Source: Lama guanicoe (lineage: Eukaryota). Taken from it: 64,000 nt of DNA. This document shows, one piece after another, positions 12,831 through 25,215 of this stretch. Location: the NCBI GenBank assembly GCA_013239625.1, contig MU054187.1, positions 2,117,757 to 2,181,756 on the forward strand. The letters run 5' to 3'. The notes below the pieces were generated by a model. That model saw nothing but the letters and a program-made list of their open reading frames with translations, made no database searches and was not told where the DNA came from. Position numbers and translations under genes: made by a program. Numbering within the stretch: the first letter of the stretch is position 1; the number at the start of each line of letters is the position of its first letter.

Positions 12831-15689
12831 AAACCAGAAAGATTAATGTTAATCCTTTACATGTTTGGTGGATTTCGCCAGGGGAACCGTCTCGTCCCGG
12901 GCTTTTCTTTGCTGGGAAATTTTTAATCACTGGCTCAGTCAGCCCACAGGGCTCCTCCACTTCCTTTGTGACTTTGCTTATACGTCATCTCATTAGAGTT
13001 CCTGTCTGTCTGCCCTCTCAGGGGAGCGCCTGCTAACTCCCCCGCCTGTGGACACCCTCGCCCTGCCTCGGTCCTCTCCCGAGCCTGTGTCAGCACGGCC
13101 ACCGCACACTTGAGTGTTACGTGTGCGAGCGCACTGCTGCAGCCCCGCGACCTGGTAGGTGAGCACACAGGGGATGCGAGTGAACGAAGAGGGGCTGTCT
13201 CACTGAATGTGACAAAGCTCAGAGGGACCCCGCCTGCTCCAAGAGTGGCCAAAACTACTTGTGCAAGTTGTGCAGCATTTGGGTAACAACCTGGCCATTT
13301 GGAGTATTACACGAAAATAACTCCAGAGGGAGAAAAATAGCCACTTTACCTGTTCGGTTTCCATAGTAACTGACACATTCTTCAGTGAGCAGACTTTAAA
13401 TAAATGTAACTTAAGGTGATTGACTGTTTTTTGTTCGCAGACTCTGACCGTCCCCTCGCTGGGTGGGGTTTGCCAATTGATGTTGAGCACGTCTGTGGAC
13501 GTGGCTCAGCCTGTGCACAGTATCACGTCGGAGAATTTATCCTGGGCGAAGCCTGGTCTTAGGGCTCAGACACACCCCTCCTTGAATCCTAAGCACCGTC
13601 ACGCCTGGCGTCTGTGCCGGGGGCTGGGGACCATGCGAGTGGGAGGATGCCTTCAACTTCAGTTTATTCTTTGCAAAGAGGACACGATCACGAGGCTCGC
13701 TTCTCAGGGTGGCTGGGGGATGAGTGATACAACGACTGCAAAGGGCTCAGCACAGTTACACACGCCGTGAACGCTGGCTGCCGTCATCATTACCCACACA
13801 TCCAGCAGCAGCCGGGAAAGGATTCGGGTGCCGTGAGGACGGGGCGATGTCTGCACACAGTGCTCAGCAATGTATGCTTGAGGCATAGCACACAGTAGGC
13901 TCGCCATAATGTCTCAGTGACGTCGCTCAAGAAGTGAATACTGATGGATTTCAATTTTGTTTATTTTCTTTTAAAATAAAGCACCGCAGTTACTTATTTT
14001 CTTTGTATGTGACAGTTATGACATCAAAACAAAAAACAAAAAACAATAGTAAGCTGTCAAGAATCCCGGAAGTGGGGTTCTCACCACAGCTACCTTTATG
14101 GCGTCCCGACTGTCTAGCACTGAACGCACTGCAAGCTTGTCTGGTCCGACCCACTTACTTCACAAACAAGCACTCAGACTAGTGGCTTCTCTGTGATCAC
14201 AAGCCATGAACAGAACACGAGGGTTTGCTCCCTGGGTGCCGTCACACCGAAAGGGCGTGTGCGTCAGACAGAGACCCATCGTCTCAGCTCACTGGGAGGC
14301 AGAGAGGAATACAGCATGCCAGGTGTCACCAACATGCTAAAAACAAAACAAAACACAAAGCAGAACAAAACAAACAGCAGAGCCAGAACCTGGTACTCCT
14401 CTTAATGAAAACAGATTTTTTTTTTTAATATGGAAGAAAATATGCTGAGAAATGGTGAAGCTGGATCCTACGAGTGGTTCTCAGATTTCACTGAGCATCA
14501 CTTTGGAAGCCAAACAAGGACAGAGGCCTGGACTCACCCCCAGATTCTGCCTGACCGGGTCAGGAGGGGCCCGAGCAGCTGAGGGGAGGCGGGCGCGCAT
14601 CCTGGTCCGGGGACGGAAGAGGCTGACTGCCCGTGCTCCGGCAACGTAACGCAAGGACTCGAGAAAGCAGCTGGCAAACCCAGAAATAAAAATGTTAAGT
14701 GGGATTATTGGCAACAAAGCGAAGACTTGCAATTCTTTTTAGTGTATTTCTTCTTAGTAAACACAAAAGGAAAATGGGTTGGGATTTCAACGATGACATG
14801 ACTACTAAGCGATGATTTTTCAGAAAGGACAGTACCAGTGAATTGAGAGCCGATTTACTAGCCTGGAGCTGTCCGTGAGTGTGCGTCGGGAACGGCAGAC
14901 TGCTGGAGCTGAGGACGCAGAGGATCTGGAACAAGGTCTGGGTCCTTCCCTCGCAGACCCCAGCTCCCACTGCGGGCGGGGGTGTGGACAGAGTCTCCCC
15001 ACAGACACTGTTCCGTGGGAGTAGAACACATTCCGAATGCATTTTATTGTGCTGGCACATTTTCTTGTGCCCTTCGGTCCCTTTTTATTACATTTCTGAT
15101 TCCATCTCCTTCTTCCTGCTCTCCTTTCTGCCGTCAACCTCAGGCATCTTTCACACAGAGCATGACCGAAGGCCTCCGAGCCCTGCTCTCCCCAGCTAGC
15201 ATCCTCCCCTTCAGGGAGTGCCACTGGGACTGCCCCACTTGTGCCCGGGGCCTGGACTGGACGCCGGCTGTCCATGATGGTAAATCCACCCGTCTCAGCA
15301 GAGTGCTCGGTGCTGGGCGATCTGAGCTCGCCCGGCTCACCCCAGCCTCATCCCCCTGACCCCCACCCCCGCCATGGACTGCTTCCCCATTGTTCAAGCC
15401 CAGTGTTCTCCCTTACCTCTCCGTCCTTTCCAGAAATTCTGCCCATCTCAGATGCTTCCTCCCGTGAAAATGCCAGAATCCCACGTTATTCCGTCACGGC
15501 CACAGAGGTGTGGACCACTGCTTATTCTCCTCATCTCCAGGCACCAGGAGCTGCTCCTGACCAGGTGTTCAGGGCACGTTTCTAGAAGGAATCTCTGCTT
15601 TGTCGTACAGGGGTGCTTTGTCCCTCTGACTGCTCTCTGCATTTTGAGGGGGACACACATATTTCTTCTCTTCTCTCACGGATTACAAG

Positions 15690-16620
15690 GTCTTTGAGAG
15701 CAGATCTGCAGAGTGACACGCGGTGGGAGAAGAGACAGGTGCGAAACAGGTGGGGGGTGGGGAGCCTGGCTGGTCAGAAGTCTCTCCTAGAAGGTGATGC
15801 CCGACCATGAGTGAGATTCAGCTGGATTTGGGTGAGGCGAGGGGATTTGCAGAGGAGTCCAACAGTCTGTCACCTTGTGTAGACATTCAGTTCACTGTTA
15901 CATTTCCAGCCTTGCATAGAGCAGGGAGCTTAATAATTATTTCTTACATGAATGAACAAATGAGGCGAAAAGTAGCATGATTTGTACAGAAACTCCGAGC
16001 CTTTCAGTGGTGCAGGCCGGGAGCAGTCACAGTGACAGGGGTGTTGGGTCGGCACCCTGACGATGCAGGTGATGCTTCTCCACGGAAGGGTGGTGAGCAT
16101 CGTGGTGAGGGCGGAGGGGGTGTTGTCCTGATGACTCTGGGACTTGTGCTAAGGGCAGAATTGACAGGACTGGTCTGATGGCAGAAAGAAGGATCATAAA
16201 GGTGTTGAAACAGACCCTGCCTGGAAATGGGCAGAGGATTGGAGAGGAGGCAAGAAATTTGAGAAAATCAGCACACTTGGATAACTGATTGGATATAGAC
16301 GGGGGAGTGAAATGAACTAAGATCATGTAAGTGGTGGTTTCATTAAGTTAAGAGTGAGTGTAGCTAGAGGAGCACTTTGATGGGGGTGGGAGCCTTACCT
16401 GTTGGGGTACATGTGGGAGCTGTCGACACGCAGTTGGACAGGACACTGGTGATGGAGGCTGGGCAGGAGATGCAGCTTTGGGACCCACCAGCCCTGGGGT
16501 AAGAGTTGAGACCACGAGATAGGAGAGAGCACCGGAGGAGTGAGTGTGAATGTTCAGGCAGTGGTGGGCCACGCCACAACAGGCGAGAGGGAGCTGGAAA
16601 GAGAGACCTATGTGGGCTCA
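15690..16620. mobile_element. Degenerate L2 fragments
   Basis: Purine-rich text typical of L2 (ttggacaggac...ggagatgcagctttggga...gagttgagacc; atgaatgaa end motif ~15950). Confidence 0.5.
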
Positions 16621-17214
16621 TGGCTACGGCCGTGGGTGCTGAGTCAGTGAGTGCTGACTTGAGTTACATTACAGAGGAGAAGCCAGGTGTCTGTTACCAT
16701 TTCTGATCGATGAGTCACTTGACTCAGTGAAGTCCTGGATGCTAAGGCGGTCATGTGCCCATTAAAATCAGCACTTCAGAGCAGGTTTTGATCAAATGAG
16801 TGACAGGATGTTGTCGGTAACACCCTGAAAGTAAATGTCAAGATATGTGCTTAAATGTAGTCACTTGATGGGTCAGAGATGAAGACTGTGCTTGATACAC
16901 GCTCCCTGAAGGTCAGCAGGTAAGCAGCCAAAACCTGTCAGAGAGGGAAGCACGCCACCTTTCACGCCCTGGTGCAGGGAGGGCAGACCGTCATTAAACT
17001 ACAGACCGTCTCGATTTCCTTTTGGAGCTCCAGGAGACAGACTCATTAACGTTTTAAGAACTTTCTTTCCTTTGTGACCTTCAGAGAAATGCCAGCAATT
17101 ACAGAAAAGGTGAACCCACAGCCCGAACGATCTGAAGACCATTCAGCACGACGCCCTCAGTAGCATTTGGAGGCATAGGATTTATTGAAACTTAACCTAA
17201 GAATTTAAATATAT

Positions 17215-17510
17215 TTATATTTTTATTGACGTATAGTTGATTCACATTGTATTAGTTTCAGGCGTACAACACAATGATTTGCTATTTTTATAGATTATAT
17301 TCTGTTTAAACTTATTACAAAATATTGGCTACCTTCTCTATGCTGCACAACGTACACTTGCAGCTTATTCATTTTATACCCACTGGTTTGTACCTTTTAG
17401 CCCCCTCCCCCTCCCCTCTGCCCACTGCTAACCACCAGCCTCTTCTCTGTGTCTGTGAGTCTGTTTCTGTTTTGCTATATTCATTCCTAATATGCTTCTA
17501 TGTGAATTAT
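17215..17510 (-). mobile_element. L1 3' UTR fragment
   Basis: ttttattgacgtatagttgattcaca...tctgtgagtctgtttctgttttg, typical L1 3' end. Confidence 0.75.
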
Positions 17511-17783
17511 ATTATTTGCATTTTGCTAATAACTTTCAAAGTCAAGATGTTGTCTTTACTTGCCTCCCTGAAAAAGTAAAATTTTAAAATATGAAGCCAC
17601 TGTCCAAGCCTACAACCATTTGGTGGTAACTGAATACACAAAAACACCTACATACATTGTTGATCATTTCCACAAGCTAGAAACTAAAAGCTGAACTGCT
17701 CTGTTGGCATTTAGTAGCAAATAAACACATTTTTTTAAACCAATGAGGTTATTAAAATTTTACACAAGTTTGCAAATGTGGTT

Positions 17784-17800
17784 TGCACCCCTTAGTGGCA
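17784..17800 (-). promoter_or_regulatory. CTCF-like motif
   Basis: Minus strand TGCCACTAAGGGGTGCA, two mismatches to CCACTAGGGGGCGC, in non-repetitive AT-rich DNA. Confidence 0.3.
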
Positions 17801-19719
17801 TCGCTTTTAGGTAAAGTACTTAGGAACAAATATTTGGGCAACATATTTTATACGTACAGAAGTTTTACCTTAAAAATTAGTTCTCTCACACAAAGGATTT
17901 TCTTTTTAACGTTTTTTAAAGAACACAATATAATGACCTAGAAAAATGTAGAGGCAGCTCTGGCTGAGAGTATTGAGTGCTTTTGGAGCGGCGTTACCAA
18001 AAAAGTGATCAAATCTGGCCAGCAAATGACACGTGCTGCAAATGTGACCACGAATAGCCTCGTGCCTGCACAGGTAACACCGCTTTATGGAAACATGACC
18101 AAGGTTGTGTTATGATGTTGAATGTGCAGGAAATCACATTTTCTATTTAAAAAAAAAAAGACTGATAGCTTTAAAGCAGATGAAAAATCAAGATTTGGGG
18201 AGAAGAATATAAGCACGTTCCCCAGGGCTCTGCAGAAGTGTCTCCTGATGGTTTTGTTAACGACACCTACGGCTCTTGGCGTTTAACGCTAATTATAAAG
18301 CTTCATGTTTCTCTGCCTTTAACTCCAGGTATTCTCAGTGGTGCTGACTTAGCGACTCCCTTGAAAATCGCTATTGATGCGCTCACGTTCTCAGCAGTCG
18401 GGGCGGCTTTCGCTGCTTCTAGCTGTTGTGACTTCTAACAGGAACGGCCGTTTCTACTTCACAGCTCACTGTGACTGCATGACTCATTGCTAACATGTCG
18501 CTTTTCTTCCCAGGAAGAAGTCCTGTCTGTTAGGGCTCCAACGGAACATGTTAAAAAGGGACCGGCACGGTTTTACAGAATATTCAAAGTCCAGAAGTTA
18601 CAGACTCTGACTTTTAGTTAATTTTGTGTGTTCCTTGAGGAGAACCCTGAAGCAAAACGTGCAGCCAGTGTGCCCTGAGAGGATAAATTGCTTTTAATTA
18701 TGAAGTTCAGTCATCTTACCTTAGTCGGCTATCTAGGACCTTGACCCATTATAAATATATATATATAATTTACAAGGTATAATCAAGCCAGAAAACAAAG
18801 TTTCTAAAAATTATTTTTGGACCAAATTTTTCACTTTGACAGTTACAGAGGGTCCACTAAGCTTTGTAAAATTTGAGACAAATCATTTACATTGATATTC
18901 TTATTGCTAGAGATGGAAAAATGCTCTTTCTTTTTCCTTCCATGTTTTATGAATATATAACTGACACACAGCACCGTACAGATGTAAGGTGCACAGCAGA
19001 ATGACTTGAATTACGTATGTTGTGAAATGATTACCACGGTCAGTTCAGCTAACATCCGTCACACAGCTCCGAACAAAGTTCGTCCCTTGTGATGAGAACT
19101 CTCAGGATTGAGTCTCTTAACTGTCAAATTGCACCGTGTAGCAGCATTAACTGCTGCATCGTGTTGTACGTTATTTGTATTTTCAGTTTTTTCCAGTTTT
19201 GTTGAGACACACCTGACATTCAGCACCGTGTACATTTAGGGAGAGACGCGCTTTGTCTTGTCTTCACTGTGACGATACGAGACTTCATACGATTCCCCAG
19301 ATAATTCCCAAAGCTCTTTGGAAAGCGTCCTCAAAGCTGGGCTGAGGTTGGCTTTCGTTACCTGCTGTCTGCAGTGCTTTCGCCCTTGTATTTATAAAAC
19401 CACGTATTTACAAAAAAAACCCCAAAACTGGAGGTAAAATGAAGTTCTTCCAGTTGAAATATTATTGTGAAAAAATCACAGGATAATAGAAACACTAAAA
19501 TCTGCCTGAAGTTGTTCCCCCAAATATAGAAGTCACACTCCCTCATCCTTATTGTGAAACATATGGCTGAACGTTTTTAAACCCTGAAGCTAAAAATTAG
19601 AGACCAGAAAAATGAATACTTGATTATTGTTTGTACACATTTTCTTCTGTGCTGTAGATGTGCTGAGTAAAACGGTACCGAGAAATACTACAAAATTACA
19701 CGTATTCATTTATCCGACA

Positions 19720-21250
19720 GGTATCTATTAAAGGCCTTTTACAGGCACTGTTCTGGCTGGACGTCCAGGCCCCTGTCCTCCTGGGGCTCAGCTTCCCATG
19801 GGCGGGGCAGGCAGGGAACACACACACCTGAAACACCATGCACCATCAGGGGGCGCTCCCGAGGCGAGCAGAACAGGACAGGGAGCTGGAGAGGGAGGGA
19901 CGTGGGAAGGCTCACAGCTTCTTTCAGGAGGTGATGCGGGAGCCGAATCTGAATGACAGGAGGGAGGCAGCCGCTGGGGGCCGGGGAAGAGCGCCGTAGG
20001 GAGAGGAGACACCAAGCGCAAAGACCGGGAGCGGGCTGCGCCGGGGTCTGGGACCAGCAGGCTCCCTCGTGGCGGAGAGGAGCGGGGCCGCGGGTGGTCA
20101 CGGGTGAAGGTGCAGAGGGACAGAGGCCCGACAGCAGGGACCTTACTGGCCATGAAGAGGAATTTGCATTTATTTCCTTTACAAAAGGAAGACTGCGGAA
20201 GCTTCGGAGCAGGGGAGGACTCTGTGTGACATATTTCCAAAGGATCACACTGGTGGCTGTGAGATGCAGACCCTAGGGAAGTGGTTCAACGGGAGGTGGT
20301 GGGGGGTGGTTCCCCCACTGCCCCCCACTGCCCCCACCGCAGCCCAGGGGATATGAGGCTGTACCAGGACCTGGTCTGTGACATCTGTGACTGTCACGAA
20401 TGGAAAGGGTGCTGCTGGCACTCAGTGGGTAGAGTCAGGGATACCGATCATCGCCCTGCAACCCACAGGATGGCTCCACGCAGCAGTCATCCAGCCTGAA
20501 ATGTCAAAAGCGCTGCCGTCGAGAAATCCAGTCCTGCTCTAGGAAGACGAAGGTCGAGGTGAAGTGACTGATTACAGAGCCACTGAGAGGCCAGAGGTGT
20601 AGAGATGCTGGCTTAGCCAAAAATGGTGAAGGACAGGTAGATTTGCATTCTATTTTGCGAGTAGATGCATCCAGACTGGCTTACAGATTGCACGTGTGCT
20701 TTGAAGAGCGGAGAGCTGTGGTGGACTCCTTGTATTTTGGCCTGAGAAACTGGGCAAATGGTGCTCTTATTTATTGAGATGAATCCAGATGGGCTAGAAG
20801 CAAATTTGGGGGTAGAAGGAACCAAATCAAGGCTCGATTTTATATGAGTCATATATATGCTAATTTATGTGTTATATGTGTTAAGTTGGGAAGTCTATTG
20901 GACATCCAAGTGGAGGTGTTGACTTGAGACCCTCAGACCAGGAGAGAGACACAGGGCTGGGCATGCAGATATAGAACTGTCAGGGCAAGGGTGGCATCTG
21001 AAACCATGGGACGAGATAATGTCACACAGCGATGGAGAAGTATGACAACCAAGATCTGAGGCCCCCTGACATCAAGGTACAGGAAAGGAGAAGCCAGGAA
21101 GTGGAGCCAAAGACGTTCAGCCAGTGAGGAGGGAGGAGAACCAAGACAGGAGAGCCGCATGTGATTCAAGAGGAGAAAATATTTCAAGGAAATCGGAGTC
21201 AACGGCTTCAAATTGCTATGGAAACGTGTATGCTAAAAGGAGTCTGATGA
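19720..21250. mobile_element. L2 element interrupted by MER20, with a CpG-rich 5' part
   Basis: L2 hallmarks (aggcactgttct, aaaggatcacactggtggctgtg, ttttggcctgagaaactgg, ggacatccaagtggag). Confidence 0.65.
20279..20530 (+). mobile_element. MER20-like hAT DNA transposon remnant
   Basis: gtggttcaac...gtcacgaatgg...tgctgctggcactcagtgggtagagtcagggat...aaatgtcaaaagcgctgccgtcgagaaatcc. Confidence 0.7.
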
Positions 21251-22439
21251 CTTTTCTTTTTAACATCTGTGCTGAAGACTCAAAGAACAGAAGGGTCAGA
21301 AGATATGTTTCTTCACATTTGGAAATAAATGTTAGTATTAAATCAGGAAGCTCATGAAGTGGAGTCAGTTACAGGCGGGGCTGTTGAGCCATCGCGATAT
21401 GGAAATAAAGGGAAATGGAGGAGGAAAGAGATACAGCAGAACGAAACAGAAAAGGACGCCACGCCGAATGGTGATGAAAAATGGCACTTCAACTGGAAGC
21501 CAGTCGTCAATTTTTAACAACAAAAAGCATTTATTAAAAATCCGCTTTGCACATGGATCACAGGCAAGATGGAAGACTTACTTTATACTGTGGTTAGCCG
21601 GCTTTGGTCCTGCCCCTTTACTCCCCGGTTTGTTGGCTCATTCATGTAAGCCTTGAACTTCAAGGGCCAATTTGGTCGTCCTCATGAATCAGGCAGGGAC
21701 TCTGGAAGAAGTTCTGTAATTTGCTTCAGTAACCGTGAAGTGGCCAGATTGTGAGTGTGTTTTAACCGGGTATCCACTTGATCGCTCAACTAAGCACATT
21801 CTCTTCGGGGAGCAGTGAAAAGGGTTTTCTCTCTTTCCTGATTCTCTCCAACACTGGCCAAGGCAGCTTCCATCACTTTGTAAAATCTCCAGCAAGATAC
21901 TAAAAAAAAAAGACAAGGAAGAGATTCAGCTGAATTATGTATTTTTTCAAATGGACTATGACACAGGCATTAAAAATTATACAGCGAAAATAGGCGACAA
22001 TGTGGAAAAACATTTGTTATAGAATCTGAAGAGAAAGAAGTAGAACAGAAAGTCCAGCCTACGTTTACTGCTCTGTGTCACCGTTCTTTTTGTTTCAATT
22101 CAGGCCTATAAAGTGACAGTTTGTTCATATGAGGTAAACATATGGGGCAATACAATCGCCCAAATGCAAAATCTGTTAACTCACACGTGATGTTTTCACG
22201 GAGCGACTGTGCTTTGTGCTATGAAATAACAATAGTACTTGCCTTAAATGCTACAACACGTGGCATAAATGAGATAATTATATAGCTTATCTGATATAAT
22301 AACAAAGTAAATGCAGAAACGGCAACCGCCAGCATGAAGGACTCCCGGAAAGGACACATCGCCAAACGCACCTTCCCTCCTGCCCCCCTTTATCTCCACG
22401 GGACACCCGGTGAGTGAGGACTGAAGGCTCGTCTCCTGA

Positions 22440-22965
22440 AGTTTTTTAAAATAGACTTTATTCGTTTCGAGCAGTTTCAGGTTCACAACAGAATTGAGCA
22501 GACAATACAGAGTTCACACAGAGCCCTCCCCACCCACACGTGTATGCTCCCCTGCCCTCAGCATCCCTCATCTGTGGGGCGTATTTGGCACCATCGATGA
22601 ATCAACACGGGCACGTTATTATCAACCACAGTCTATAGTTTACATGAGGGTTCGCTCTTCATGCTGTACGTTCTACGGGCTTTGACAAATGCATAATGAC
22701 ATGCAGCCACCTCTATAGTATCATACAGAATAATTTCATTGTCCTAAAAACTCCTTGTGCTCCATCTGTTCATCCCTCCCTCCCTCTGTCTCCCCAAGCC
22801 CCTGGAAACCACGATCTTTTTATTGTTTCTGTAGCTGTGCCTTTTCCAGAATGTCATTTGGTTGGACTCATACAGTTTGTCGCCTTTTCAGACTGGCTTC
22901 TTTCATTTAGTGACATGTCTTTTAAGTTTCTTCCATGTCTTGCGTGGCTTGATAGATCTTTTTTT
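22440..22965 (-). mobile_element. L1MC/MD-type 3' end
   Basis: agactttatt...cagtttcaggttcaca...ctatagtttacatgagggttcgctctt...gccttttccagaatgtcat. Confidence 0.8.
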
Positions 22966-23299
22966 TTAACTGCTCATATAGTTTTTAATTTACATATATG
23001 TACTATTCATTGCTTCTAAGAATGTTAAGAGCTTTAGCTTTTTGAACTTACATAGCCAAGCACAAAATAAAAATGAACTACAAAAGTTACACACACCCTG
23101 TTATTAACAGCAACATTCTTTATAATTGCCAAGATATGGAAGCATCCTAAATGCACATCAATAGTTGAAAAGATCATGAAGATTCAGGAGATATATATAC
23201 ATATATATGAATAGTTTCCTGAATTTTGGCTTTTCTTGATTAAAAAAAAAGCTTAGTCTGGCATACCAAGCGTGTGAAAGTATCCCTGCTGTAAGAATC

Positions 23300-24480
23300 T
23301 AACTGGAGAAAGAAACAGCAAGGATTAAATCCTGAGGAGCTGTGTGCCCCTCGGTGTCCAGGAGGGACCGAGAGCGCAGCCGTCGTCTGTCCCCAGAGTT
23401 AGCGGCCAGAGCGAGGGTCGCAGGGAGCTCAGCGGTGGAGCCGGCCCTCAGCCTGCCCAAGGGCCTGGGTTCCACCCCCAGTACCACCATTAAATAAGTA
23501 AATGATAAATAAAGTCGTTCTCTTAAAAAAAGAAAAGATTTATCAACTGGAACAAAAGTGGTTAACTACAAAACAGACTTAGGAAAGCAGGAGGACTCTA
23601 AGGAACGCAGAAACGGACGGGAGGAGGCAGGCTCAAGAGAGTGAACAAGGAGGGGCCCTTGGGCTGAATCCAGCCCCGGGCAGAGGGCCCGCGGCTGGTC
23701 TGCAGGCGGGAGGCTGGTGGCCGGGGCCTGGGGGCAGAGCCCGGCTTGTCGCTGAGCTGAGCGGGCGGCCGCACCCCAGGAAAGGCCTGGGAGGGACAAG
23801 ACGCCCTTACTCTTGCTCTGGCCTGGGAGGGGCCCTCCGGTGCCTTCTCTGGACAAAGCCTAAGGTCACATCAGCCGGCAAAGGAGAGGCGTTTCCAGGG
23901 CCCACCTCGAGTCCCGCAGAACAGGGCCAGGAGGGGCGGACGCGGCGCCGGGCGGGGACGGGGTGACCGCTGGGCCCACCCATCCCTCTGGTTTCCAGGG
24001 GTCTCCACGCGCCGTCCTCGGACATCTGACGTCCACGCGGGGCTTAGACGCTCGCGGTGTCACGGAACGGGAGGCAGCTCTTCTTTCCACAAGTGAAGTT
24101 CGTACCTTTTTCCCCGAATGAGGAGAAGCACAGCCCAACGGTAATTGTCCCTGTCACAGACTGTGTTCTCAGCTCCTTAAATTCAGTCATCTTCCGCTGA
24201 AAAGTCTGCCACCTCGAGACTGATTTGTCAAGTTCACACCCGGTGAGGATGCGTGTGCCCCCCGCCCCCGGGATGGAATAGATCCAATGCCATCAGCCTG
24301 CAACCAGGTAGCCAGCGGTTCTGCCGGGAGAACTGCTCCATGTCTGGGGCTGCCGCATGTCCCCCTGCTCAGGAAGGCAGCAGAGAGCGGGGTCAGCCTG
24401 GCCAGGAGCAGCGCGCCGTGCAGTGAGCCCGGGAGCAGCGCCATCCGCATCACCATGGATACCTTTGTCCTGTTCGTGAA
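23300..24480. promoter_or_regulatory. Orphan CpG island / GC peak
   Basis: Dense CpG at 23370-23450 and 23680-24070 with GC boxes (ggggcgga, gggcgggg near 23933-23956); no recognisable coding sequence. Confidence 0.7.
23411..23535 (+). mobile_element. tRNA-derived SINE, strongly GC-shifted copy
   Basis: Aligns without gaps to the sibling SINEs over 23426-23491 and is followed by the taaataa/A-rich tail. Confidence 0.8.
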
Positions 24481-24549
24481 AAGGTGCTGTGGGGCCAGGG
24501 AAGGATGCTGACTGGATCTGCAGAGGACACTGTGGTCTGTCTGGGGACC

Positions 24550-25018
24550 GACGGTGGGGTGGGCAGCCTTCTGAACTGGACCCCGGTGGTCCCTGCCTCT
24601 GGGCGCTCATGCCCCTGTGGGAGGCACTCCCCGGAGGGTGGGCTGGGCCCGGTGAGCTGCTCTGAGGACATGAAGTGTGGCCAAAGTGGTGACGTGCCTC
24701 CTCCAAGGTGAGGCTGGAAGAGATGATGGTGGCCGGCTTCTCCAGCGCACTTGCCCCAACAGAGGGTGACCTGTCCAGAGGTGAAAGGTGGGGTCTGGCC
24801 AGCAGCCAGTGAGGAGCTGGGGCCTTCGGATGCAGAGACCGAGTCTCGCCCACAACCACGTGAGTGAGGCGGAGATGAATCCACGGCAGCTCTGACACCC
24901 AGATTGCAACCTCGCAAAACCATAAAGCTGGGGACCAGCTAAGCCATAACTGGATTGTTGTTTTGAGCCAATAGGTTTGGGGGGTAATTTGTTAGACAGA
25001 AATACATAACTAATAGAG
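24550..25018 (+). mobile_element. MaLR LTR (MLT1-like)
   Basis: ggccagcagccagtgaggagctg...aaccacgtgagtgag...ccagctaagcc...gtaatttgttagacagaaatacataactaatag, the characteristic MLT1 3' end. Confidence 0.75.
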
Positions 25019-25039
25019 AGATGAGCTCCATTTTTAAAA

Positions 25040-25215
25040 ACTCCTATTTTTTATTGAAGTGCAGTCAGTTTACAATGTTAGCGTCAGGGGTACAGCAAGG
25101 CGATTCATTAACACATATGCATACGTATGTGTATGTTTTCAGATTCTTCTCCATTACAGCTCATTGTAAGAAACGGAATATAGTTCCCCGTACTCTGCAG
25201 CAGGTCCTTGCTGCT
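25040..25215 (-). mobile_element. L1 3' terminal fragment
   Basis: tttttattgaagtgcagtcagtttacaatg...atagttccccgtactctgcagcaggtccttg; same family as 48185-48543. Confidence 0.75.

Noticed and set aside
14865..14885. REST/RE1 site (minus strand CACGGACAGCTCC)
   Set aside because: Only the right half-site matches; I found no full RE1 in the window.
21329..21656. Exon-like purine-rich ORFs
   Set aside because: No recognisable protein family, weak splice context, no partner exons.
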